32,000 nucleotides of DNA from Nitrososphaera viennensis EN76 (GTDB lineage Archaea > Thermoproteota > Nitrososphaeria > Nitrososphaerales > Nitrososphaeraceae). Positions 1 through 7,204 of this stretch are shown here, one piece after another; within the stretch, counting starts at the first letter, position 1, and the number at the start of each line of letters is the position of its first letter. The notes below the pieces were generated by a model that saw only the letters and a program-made list of their open reading frames with translations, did no database searches and was not told the origin of the DNA. The stretch is taken from positions 2,490,001 to 2,522,000 of the forward strand of contig NZ_CP007536.1 in assembly GCF_000698785.1 (NCBI RefSeq), read 5' to 3'. The position numbers were made by a program, and so were the translations under genes.

Positions 1-1
1 A

Positions 2-154
2 TTGGACGAGAGAAAATTGAGGGAGGTTGTCAGACAGGAGCTTGCGGCGTTAATTGACGAGAGGACCATTGGAGGGCGGCAGAAAGCCAGGGAAAGGCAA
101 GGACAACAACAGGATGAAGGGTCAGATGCAGAAAGGCACCGAGCAGAGGCCTGA
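2..154 (+). CDS. 3' end of a gene truncated by the window edge (charged, Gln-rich tail; function unknown)
   Basis: Frame 2 is open from the window edge to TGA at 152-154 (LDERKLREVVRQELAALIDERTIGG...AERHRAEA*). It is absent from the ORF track because it has no start inside the window. Confidence 0.35.
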   Translation: MDERKLREVVRQELAALIDERTIGGRQKARERQGQQQDEGSDAERHRAEA

Positions 155-180
155 ATGATAACGGGCCATGGCCAGTTTAA

Positions 181-1710
181 ATGAAAAGAATCTCTCGTAG
201 GGAATCATCATCAGTTGCACAGCATCAAAGAAAAATAAAGCTGTTGCAGAAGAGGCTTGCATCCTCTGCTATTGTAGTGATCATGATGATGGTGGTGGTG
301 ATAATGATTCTTGCTGCAGCCGCCGCTACCCCCACTACTGCTAGTACTGCAGCCTATTCCTCTCTCTTCTTTGCAGCAGGAGGAACAGCATCCGGACAAG
401 AAGATGATGGCAGTAGTAGTGGTGGTGCGGCAGCCACAGCCACCAGAGCGCGGCAAGTGTTGTGGGTTGATGTTGATGACCTTATATCGTCGGCTACCGC
501 GGAACATGTCGAATCGGCCATAGCCCGCGCTTCAGACGACCAGTCTGGAGGAGGAGGCGATTTTTCTGCCGTCATCATAGCTTTGGACACTCCCGGTGGC
601 TCTCTCGACGCAACCCTCAAAATCATAGAAAGCATTCAAGGATCCAGAGTCCCGGTCATAGGCTACGTCTACCCCCCGGGCAAAAGTGCGTGGTCTGCCG
701 GGACAATAATCCTTGTTGCGACTGATTATGCAGTCATGGCGCCATTTACTACAATAGGTTCTGCCCAGCCAGTAACTGGCACCGGCGTGCCCGTGAACGA
801 CACAAAGGTTACAAATGCAATTACGGAAAAAGTGGTCAGTCTTGCCCAGTTGCACAACAGAAATGCAACCCAGGCAGCCCGCTTCATAACGCATAATGAC
901 AACCTTACTCCGGAGAAGGCTTTGCAGGATAACGTTATTGACGCCATAGCAAGCGATCCAAAGGAACTGCTTCAAAATGCGCATAACCTGACTGCAATTA
1001 CGCTTGGCGGTCCAAAGGTCTTGGACGTTGATGCTGATTCTGGGATAGTAATCCACGAGCCAAGCCTTAGAGTCGCACTGGTTGGCGTGCTGGCAAATCC
1101 TGTCCTGTCTACAATACTCCTTACCGTTGGCTTCTTTGCTCTGGTTTTCGGGCTAACGTCTCCTGGTTTTGGCGCCGAAATAGCCGGCGCTGCGATGATA
1201 ATCCTTGCATTGATAGGACAGGGGTTTGATATCAACTGGGCCGCCTTTGCACTGCTGGCAATAGGGGTGGGCCTTCTTGCCTACGAGCTTTACTCTCCCG
1301 GATTTGGTGCGGCAGGTATTGGCGGCGTAATAGTTATCCTGGTAGGGACAACGCTCATGATAACCCAGCCTGTAGGGCCGGTATTGATAAGCGAAGAACA
1401 TCTGTCGAATCTTGCCCTGCTATCGATGATAGTTGTCGTCCCGTTTGGCGGCTTTTTTGGCCTGATAACGTACAAGGCATGGAAGGCAAAGACAAGAAAG
1501 CCGTTGCAATTTGTGCTTCAGAGCGATAAAGGGGTCGCGCTCGATCCTATCTCAACCAGCACGCCGGGTTTTGTATCTGTGGGCGGCGAATACTGGAAAG
1601 CCCGGACGACAGGCGGGATTGAAATCGGAAAAGGAGAGCAAGTACGAGTAGTCAAGAAGGAAGGGGATTTGCTGATAGTCGAGCCTTTGCAAAAGGAAGA
1701 GCAAACCTAG
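181..1710 (+). CDS. nfeD: NfeD-family membrane-bound serine protease (ClpP-class protease domain, TM block, C-terminal NfeD OB-fold)
   Basis: N-terminal signal-anchor. ClpP/SppA-like core (IIALDTPGGSLDATLKIIESI...SAWSAGTIILVATDYAVMAP). Multi-helix hydrophobic middle. C-terminal NfeD beta-barrel (GFVSVGGEYWKARTTGGIEIGKGEQVRVVKKEGDLLIVEP). Confidence 0.85.
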   Translation: MKRISRRESSSVAQHQRKIKLLQKRLASSAIVVIMMMVVVIMILAAAAATPTTASTAAYSSLFFAAGGTASGQEDDGSSSGGAAATATRARQVLWVDVDDLISSATAEHVESAIARASDDQSGGGGDFSAVIIALDTPGGSLDATLKIIESIQGSRVPVIGYVYPPGKSAWSAGTIILVATDYAVMAPFTTIGSAQPVTGTGVPVNDTKVTNAITEKVVSLAQLHNRNATQAARFITHNDNLTPEKALQDNVIDAIASDPKELLQNAHNLTAITLGGPKVLDVDADSGIVIHEPSLRVALVGVLANPVLSTILLTVGFFALVFGLTSPGFGAEIAGAAMIILALIGQGFDINWAAFALLAIGVGLLAYELYSPGFGAAGIGGVIVILVGTTLMITQPVGPVLISEEHLSNLALLSMIVVVPFGGFFGLITYKAWKAKTRKPLQFVLQSDKGVALDPISTSTPGFVSVGGEYWKARTTGGIEIGKGEQVRVVKKEGDLLIVEPLQKEEQT

Positions 1711-1954
1711 AGAGAGCGGCAAAAGAAGAGTCTCTATCTACATGTCACTCATACTTCTCTATGCGGTGGCTCTGCCATGACTAGAGAGAGATATCTATAA
1801 CAGATCAGGCACTGGTTTTCATATGATAAAATATTTCATGCATTCATTATGTTAGGCATAATTGTTCTATTCCCTTTACAGATGTTACAAGTGATCATGT
1901 TGGGCCATACGGGATCTAGGACTGCTGCTCAGCACAGCAGAGCTATATGCTGCT

Positions 1955-2386
1955 TCATTTTTTTGAACAACTATCTATCGCGTCCATTATCACCTGTGCC
2001 CCGCGGGTGCCAAAGTTCTCTTTGCAATAGTTTTCGTTTCTTAGCTTCGCGTTCAGTTTCCCGGTCAGGATTAGCTCAGTTACCCTGTTTACTGCGGCAA
2101 GGTAATTCATCGAAGACTTCCAGGTAAGTATGATTGCGCATTTGTCGCAGACGCTGCATTTCGCATTAGACGCGTACACACTGTCGCAAAAAACGCATCT
2201 GTTGTACACCATTGACTTGCCTGCCCTCGGGGCATTTATGCCGAAATGGACTGCGTTAAAACATTCGATGCACAGATGCTTGTTGCACGTCGAACAAGTA
2301 TGATATTCGTCGTTCTTGCCACACATTTCACAAAGCGTCAATAATAATAACACACCTCGTATCGAGATGCAGAGACAAAGGAACAT
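1955..2386 (-). CDS. Cys-rich zinc-finger protein (B-box-type-1-like spacing plus a second zinc ribbon); function unknown
   Basis: First cluster is CEMC-x8-CSTC-x4-CIEC-x4-H. Second cluster is CVFC-x9-CSVCDKC. The gene lies in a visibly AT-richer patch. The start is uncertain: GTG 2389, ATG 2386 or ATG 2326. Confidence 0.6.
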   Translation of the reverse strand: MFLCLCISIRGVLLLLTLCEMCGKNDEYHTCSTCNKHLCIECFNAVHFGINAPRAGKSMVYNRCVFCDSVYASNAKCSVCDKCAIILTWKSSMNYLAAVNRVTELILTGKLNAKLRNENYCKENFGTRGAQVIMDAIDSCSKK

Positions 2387-2556
2387 CACGGGTTTTGGAT
2401 GATGAATTTATCACTAGCTCTTAGATGGTTGTTCTAGTATATTAGGGGCTTGTAATGGCATCATAAAGATATACACTACATGGCTCTGGCTTCTTGGCGC
2501 CATGGCCTTACGGATTAAATTCCAGATCGGCTGTTTCATTATATTGTTGGCACCTG

Positions 2557-3051
2557 ATGGCAAAAATGCTGCTCCTGCTACGCCATGCCAAGTCGAGCTG
2601 GAAGAATCCAGAGCTGGCCGACCGCGATAGGCCGCTCAACAAGCGTGGAAAACGCGACGCGCTACGCATGGGAAGGCTGCTGGACGAAGAAGGCCTGGTA
2701 CCTGATGCGATCCTCAGCTCTACGGCCGTCCGCGCCCAGGACACGGCCGCCGCAGTGGCAAAATCCTGCGGCTATGACAGACGGCGGATCACGCATATCG
2801 AATCGTTGTATGCGTCCGGCCCGGAGGAATACCTGAATGTCCTGCGCCGCCTGCCAGACGATCCAAAAGTGGTGCTGGTGGTGGGCCACAATCCGGGCAT
2901 GGAGGAATACCTGGAGATCCTGACAGGGCAACCGGAAGCAATGCCGACCGCTGCCCTGGCTTTTGTCAAGCTGCCGATTAAAAGGTGGTCTGCGCTCGAT
3001 GACAATACAAAAGGGAAACTGAAGACGGTATGGAGGCCAAAGGAACTCTGA
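2557..3051 (+). CDS. sixA: SixA-like phosphohistidine phosphatase (histidine phosphatase superfamily)
   Basis: LLLLRHAKSSW catalytic RHA motif, RPLNKRGKRDA, and VVGHNPG near the C-terminus. ATG 2557 or ATG 2566 is preferred over the TTG at 2494. A TATA-like ATTATATT sits at 2538-2545. Confidence 0.8.
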   Translation: MAKMLLLLRHAKSSWKNPELADRDRPLNKRGKRDALRMGRLLDEEGLVPDAILSSTAVRAQDTAAAVAKSCGYDRRRITHIESLYASGPEEYLNVLRRLPDDPKVVLVVGHNPGMEEYLEILTGQPEAMPTAALAFVKLPIKRWSALDDNTKGKLKTVWRPKEL

Positions 3052-3192
3052 TGGTTTTCCACGGATCTCTCTTGCGTCTCAAACTCTGCTTGCTCGAATA
3101 TGAAATGCCCTACTCGACCTTTCATGTACTAGAATCTAATAGAATGAGATACGAAAAAAGATCTTATAGTTTTATTAGCTGATCTTCTTCTA

Positions 3193-3846
3193 GTGAAAGC
3201 CGCACTGTGGCTGTCCGTTGGCGTCGTGGCAGCAATGCTCGGCGTTGCAATTACGTACAACGCAACATCCCAGGGCTCTTTTTATGCCAGTGTATTTTTT
3301 GCAAACGATGCAAAAGGCGCCGGTGCACAGGACGCGCAAACCGGCGTCGTGGCAAAGAAGATGACGACCCAGATTCTGTCGCACACTACTGCTACTGCCG
3401 CCGCCACCAAGATAGACCTGGCCAAGACTGCGAAACTCATACACCAGAAAATCAACGAGCAGCGCGCCAAGTACGGCCTTGCGGCACTTTCGTGGGACCC
3501 CGCCCTTGCCAAGATAGCTACGGACCATTCAAAGGACATGGCAAAGAGGAATTACTTTTCGCACAACGACCTTGAAGGGCACCGCTACACCTACCGGTAC
3601 AGCAGCGCCGGGTACATATGCAAGCAGGGAAGCGGGGAAAACATCTACAAATTCAGCAGCTCGCGTACAATAACAGAAGAATATCTGGCCAGCAAGGCGG
3701 TCGACGCCTGGATGGACAGCTCTGGGCACAAACGCAACATCCTGTCCAAATCCTTCCATAACGAGGGGATAGGCGTGGCGTTCAATTCAGTCAGGAGTTA
3801 CTATGTAACGCAGGACTTCTGCGCGGTCCATGTCGTGAAACGATAA
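3193..3846 (+). CDS. Secreted or membrane-anchored CAP/SCP/PR-1 (YkwD-like) domain protein
   Basis: N-terminal hydrophobic anchor. CAP motifs are INEQRAKYGLAALSWDPALAKIATDHSKDMAKRNYFSHN, GENIY and WMDSSGHKRNIL...GIGVA. The start is GTG; an alternative ATG at 3235 would truncate the anchor. Confidence 0.8.
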   Translation: MKAALWLSVGVVAAMLGVAITYNATSQGSFYASVFFANDAKGAGAQDAQTGVVAKKMTTQILSHTTATAAATKIDLAKTAKLIHQKINEQRAKYGLAALSWDPALAKIATDHSKDMAKRNYFSHNDLEGHRYTYRYSSAGYICKQGSGENIYKFSSSRTITEEYLASKAVDAWMDSSGHKRNILSKSFHNEGIGVAFNSVRSYYVTQDFCAVHVVKR

Positions 3847-3972
3847 CTATGATGTTTCCTCGCTGCTGGTGCGCGTGCCGGGACGCGCCTTTGCACAATC
3901 TGGTTAGGTTTTTTGCCGCTGCGGCGGCACACTTTGGAAACCCTGCAAGCGTTTCCCAGCCTACTACTGCTA

Positions 3973-4155
3973 TCATCCCCGTAGGGATGTGCAGAGAATC
4001 AGGCCCAGAATCAGGAAGGTGCCGCCGCGTTTTTTCATGAGCTTTGTCAGCCTGTTTACAAAGTCCGCAAGCTCGTCATCGGTGAGGTTAAACTTTTTCA
4101 GAGCGTTCACATTCGCCCCGAGAGATCGGAGGCGCTCATATAGCGCCTCGCGCAT
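3973..4155 (-). CDS. Small hypothetical protein with a C-terminal hydrophobic helix
   Basis: 60-codon ORF (MREALYERLRSLGANVNALKKFNLTDDELADF...TFLILGLILC). A TATA-like AAAATAATA lies about 23 nt upstream on the minus strand. An alternative TTG start is at 4170. Confidence 0.35.
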   Translation of the reverse strand: MREALYERLRSLGANVNALKKFNLTDDELADFVNRLTKLMKKRGGTFLILGLILCTSLRG

Positions 4156-4383
4156 TGAATCTTTTGACAAATGTATTATTTTCCAGAATTTGCGCTTCCA
4201 TATGAACGCATGTGCCAGAAAATAGCTATATTCAATATTGTTGCTTCTAGGAGAATCAAACTAAATAATTCTCTATTCCTTGGGACTGTTTTCGGGCATA
4301 CATGTCTTGCTATTTCCAAAAAGGATAAATCACTATCTGGATTTTCTTCCTAAGCGTGAGAAGGGCGGGGGTATGCTTGGGCT

Positions 4384-4698
4384 TTGGTAGATGCTGAAAC
4401 ACTGGCAGAGGCAATACTTGACAGCTTGAAAGAGATCTTTGGCCCGCCCGTCTTTCATTCGCTAATGGAGTTGATAGCAGAGGATTATCTGGGCGAAATG
4501 GATGCACGCACTGCGATAATAGAAAGGCCCGACCTTTTTGAACGCGCATTCGTGGGATTGCTTGGAGAAGCCGGGAAAAAGATTCTTGCAGACATTTGCG
4601 AAGGGTTGTGCGCGGAATTTCTCCTTGACGAAAACGCCGCGGATCTGAAAACTGGCGACCTTGCCGAGTGCATGGCGATAATCATCCCCAAATCCTGA
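4384..4698 (+). CDS. Hypothetical acidic, probably helical protein
   Basis: 104-codon ORF with GC3-rich codon usage like its neighbours. The only full-length start is TTG 4384; an internal ATG sits at codon 28. No recognisable motif. Confidence 0.55.
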   Translation: MVDAETLAEAILDSLKEIFGPPVFHSLMELIAEDYLGEMDARTAIIERPDLFERAFVGLLGEAGKKILADICEGLCAEFLLDENAADLKTGDLAECMAIIIPKS

Positions 4699-4810
4699 GC
4701 ACGTCAAGTCTTGCTTGGCCTGCAGCCGCCGCCGGCCACAAGCTTTTGCTTGAATCCTGCGCACTGCGCTCCAGGCAAGCATCCGGGTCAGGCCGCCTCC
4801 GCATATAAAT

Positions 4811-4836
4811 ATGTGTGTGCGCGTGCGTACGTGCGC
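4811..4836. repeat. 26-nt perfectly alternating purine-pyrimidine tract (TG/CG type)
   Basis: ATGTGTGTGCGCGTGCGTACGTGCGC. It lies 16-41 nt 3' of the stop of the minus-strand gene 4852..5130. Confidence 0.9.
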
Positions 4837-4840
4837 TCCT

Positions 4841-4849
4841 CCCCCCCCC
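4841..4849. repeat. C9 homopolymer (G9 on the transcribed minus strand)
   Basis: CCCCCCCCC lies 2 nt beyond the stop codon of gene 4852..5130. Confidence 0.9.
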
Positions 4850-4851
4850 TA

Positions 4852-5130
4852 CTAGCGGCCGTCCGGGGCGACTGTCTTGACATGCTGGAAATAATAATCC
4901 AAGAGCACGACGGTAGCCCCTATTTCTTCGGCAGACAGGGTGATCAGCGAATAGTGGTAGTCGGACAGGATGAAGCGCCAGCCCTCAAGCGTCTCCGCCT
5001 TTGTCAGGTTGCCCCGCAGATTGCACATGAGGAAGCTCCGGAACGACACCGTGAAGGTGATGCCTTTTTTCCGCTTTTCAACGGCGTTCACTTCAAGCAG
5101 CTTATTAATCAAGCCGTTTATGTCCCACAT
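4852..5130 (-). CDS. Hypothetical protein
   Basis: 92-codon ORF (MWDINGLINKLLEVNAVEKRKKGITFTV...). ATG at 5130 sits about 30 nt downstream of a TATA-like TTATTAATAT on the minus strand. The overlapping plus-strand ORF 4711..5334 looks spurious. Confidence 0.55.
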   Translation of the reverse strand: MWDINGLINKLLEVNAVEKRKKGITFTVSFRSFLMCNLRGNLTKAETLEGWRFILSDYHYSLITLSAEEIGATVVLLDYYFQHVKTVAPDGR

Positions 5131-5466
5131 CAATTGCCAATATTGGAGACTAATGTGATATTAATAACCATATTCGGTACAAAATCTAGACGATTCATCA
5201 AGAATCTGTGCCCTAATGGGTTTACATATCAGATCATGAGGCAGGCTGGAGGGAAGGCGAGCGTTTCAATTTTGGTTAAAAAGGGCTCTACTCGCCCTTG
5301 CGGGCTTTCGAGCCCCCGGTGCGCATGGGGGTGAGCTTGCAGGTTTATGCAACTATATACAGAGAAGTCCATTATATACAAATTACAAGCAGGCGCGCAC
5401 CTGTTATTGGGCAAATTCCCCAAGATAGCTTGATCCTTTGAGACGGAATCACATATAGCTGGATAA

Positions 5467-5691
5467 TGTGCCCAGCATATCCAAACCAGAATCCCCGTCT
5501 TTGAAATATGGTCGAACGACGACGCCACCGACTATGCTGCCAAGATTTCAGGCCAGCCGAAATTCCTGATCAGGACGAGCGCGCGAACAGAATACACGCA
5601 GCTGATTTACGCGGCGCCCTATACCGAGGAGAACCTTGAAGGCCTGGCCTACATCCTTGACAGGATAGCCACAAAGCACAGCGGCAGCTAG
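5467..5691 (+). other. Coding-like open frame without an ATG, GTG or TTG start (gene remnant or non-canonical start)
   Basis: 74 sense codons in frame 1 (…DDATDYAAKISGQPKFLIRTSARTEYTQLIYAAPYTEENLEGLAYILDRIATKHSGS*). Composition and GC3 are protein-like. Its TAG (5689-5691) shares the CTAG at 5688-5691 with the stop of the convergent gene. Confidence 0.3.
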
Positions 5692-5891
5692 TCTTCTTCT
5701 TCTTCGACCCACGTGCTTTCGCGCCAGCCGCCGCTTCCGCCGCAGTTGGTGCACAGCACGCTTCCAAACCCGTTGCAGTCGTAGCACTTTTGCCACCCCG
5801 GCGAGACCTTGCCCGAGCCCCCGCAGGCAAAGCACATCTTTCTCCCGCTGTTGCAGAACGTGCACTTTTTCCATACCTGTTTTGCCGGCAT
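5688..5891 (-). CDS. Stand-alone DnaJ-type cysteine-rich (CxxCxGxG) zinc-finger mini-protein with an acidic tail
   Basis: Four repeats: CTFCNSGRK, CFACGGSGK, CYDCNGFGS and CTNCGGSGG. The C-terminus is WVEEEED. A TATA-like element lies at 5919-5927. Confidence 0.8.
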   Translation of the reverse strand: MPAKQVWKKCTFCNSGRKMCFACGGSGKVSPGWQKCYDCNGFGSVLCTNCGGSGGWRESTWVEEEED

Positions 5892-5918
5892 TACCTTGCT
5901 GACGGCCTAGTGCATCAC

Positions 5919-5927
5919 ATTTTAACG
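5919..5927 (-). promoter_or_regulatory. TATA-like box for the DnaJ-type zinc-finger gene
   Basis: The minus strand reads CGTTAAAAT about 30 nt upstream of ATG 5891. The same CGTTAAAAT core occurs upstream of trxA. Confidence 0.4.
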
Positions 5928-5941
5928 TACTCTCGTCTTTT

Positions 5942-7054
5942 TTACTCCACGACGACTTCTCCCGTCATGTACGGGTGTATGGCGCAAAAGTACTGGTAGT
6001 TGCCGGGGTTGTTGATCGTGGCGCTGAAAACCTCGCCCGGCGAAATCAGGCCAGACTTGAATACCATGTCAGGCTCGGCGATGCGCGGATCGCCTGACGT
6101 GACTATGTGGGACGTAGAGTCCCTGTTGGTCCAGGTGACGGTGTCGCCTGCCCCGACGATCAGAAAAGCGGGCTTGAATGCGGGGTTGCCGCGGATCGAT
6201 GCGCCTGGCAGTATGTCGATTGTGGTCTGCCGTATGTCGCTGACAGCTATCAAAGTCTCTGCCTCAAGCCCGACACTGTCAAACGCCCGGGCAGAGATAA
6301 CACAGTCTCCTATTCTTTCGATTGTCATGACATAAGACCACTCTGACCAGTCGCCCGGCGCCTTTGGCGTCGCAAGCTGGTAATCAAAGATGATTGTGGC
6401 AGGAGTGGTCGCGTTTTTCAGGCTCACCTCGACCCTGCCAATTCCGCTTGCGTCAAAAGCGGTTCCATTGACAAAAAACGTGGTCTCTGGCGCGGACTGC
6501 CGGAGAAAAACCGTCCCGTTGAGGGGCGCGGTGATCGCAACCTCGGGTGGCGTGCTGTCGGCGGCCCCTGACTTTACTCTTAGCACGACAGAGTCGACGC
6601 TGGAATTTCCTGCGCGGTCGGTCGCCTGTGCTGTTATCCTGTATTCGCCTTCATGGCGGACCTTAAAGTCGTATTCCCAGGAGGACCAGCCGTCCTGCCC
6701 AGGCTCTGCCGTCCTGAACGGCTTGACCACGCGACCCGTCTTGCTGTCCTGCACCTGGACTTTGACCTTCTTTACGCCGCAGCCGTCGTCCCCGTCGTCA
6801 TTGGCGACGCCAGCAACGTCTATGACTGCTGTTCTCTTCAAAGCGCCTGCCAATACGTAGCCGTCCGCCGGCAGCGTGATGCTTACGCTCGGCGGCACGT
6901 TGTCGTCTCTGCAAGAATCATTATTGTTGTGCGAGCCGTGTTCTTGCGAATGGGCCCAAACAGGAGAAGACGAGGCAGAAGGCATTGCAAGAACAAAGAA
7001 GAAGAAGAAAAAGCTTGCAACAAGCAGCAGCATCAGGAGGGGCCTCCTTTGCAA
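5942..7054 (-). CDS. Secreted blue-copper protein: signal peptide, two Ig-like beta domains, C-terminal amicyanin/plastocyanin-like cupredoxin
   Basis: Signal peptide MQRRPLLMLLLVASFFFFFFVLAMPSASS. Two similar beta-rich repeats (…GEYRITAQATDRAGN… and …DCVISARAFDSVGLE…). Type-1 Cu ligands are TSH…YFCAIHPYM (C-x2-H-x2-M). Confidence 0.9.
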   Translation of the reverse strand: MQRRPLLMLLLVASFFFFFFVLAMPSASSSPVWAHSQEHGSHNNNDSCRDDNVPPSVSITLPADGYVLAGALKRTAVIDVAGVANDDGDDGCGVKKVKVQVQDSKTGRVVKPFRTAEPGQDGWSSWEYDFKVRHEGEYRITAQATDRAGNSSVDSVVLRVKSGAADSTPPEVAITAPLNGTVFLRQSAPETTFFVNGTAFDASGIGRVEVSLKNATTPATIIFDYQLATPKAPGDWSEWSYVMTIERIGDCVISARAFDSVGLEAETLIAVSDIRQTTIDILPGASIRGNPAFKPAFLIVGAGDTVTWTNRDSTSHIVTSGDPRIAEPDMVFKSGLISPGEVFSATINNPGNYQYFCAIHPYMTGEVVVE

Positions 7055-7175
7055 ACACGGAGGTTCTGCCCCGGTCAGGATTTAAGGCCTGCCAAGGGCG
7101 GTTCTGTTAGTTTGTTACACCTGTGGAAAAACCGTTTCGCGTGTACGAAACTTATGTACGCTCTTTCTGTGAGCC

Positions 7176-7184
7176 TTAAGTATT
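7176..7184 (+). promoter_or_regulatory. TATA-like box for the 439-aa orphan gene
   Basis: TTAAGTATT is centred about 25 nt upstream of ATG 7205. A mirror CTTAAATC (around 7078-7085, minus strand) lies about 28 nt upstream of the divergent cupredoxin ATG. Confidence 0.4.
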
Positions 7185-7204
7185 CCCTGAACGAGAAATT
7201 GAAC

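Noticed and set aside
2399-2470. C-box-like ATGATGA, a possible C/D box sRNA
   Set aside because: No CTGA D or D' box lies within about 70 nt on either strand. The region is better explained as a divergent promoter.
4711-5334. 207-aa plus-strand ORF
   Set aside because: It runs through the RY tract and C9 homopolymer and is antisense to the better-looking gene 4852..5130. Its composition is heterogeneous.
5347-5466. ATG 5347 lies in the same frame as the start-less ORF, separated from it by TGA 5425 and TAA 5464 (possible read-through or a double-nonsense pseudogene)
   Set aside because: This stretch is AT-rich with two TATA-like boxes and looks like promoter DNA, not degraded coding sequence. 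Two different stop codons make recoding implausible.
6653-7204. 5' part of the 623-aa ORF 6653..8524
   Set aside because: It lies entirely antisense to the well-supported cupredoxin gene. It is rich in Arg, Pro and Ala, as GC-rich off-strand frames typically are. The real gene begins at ATG 7205, behind its own TATA.
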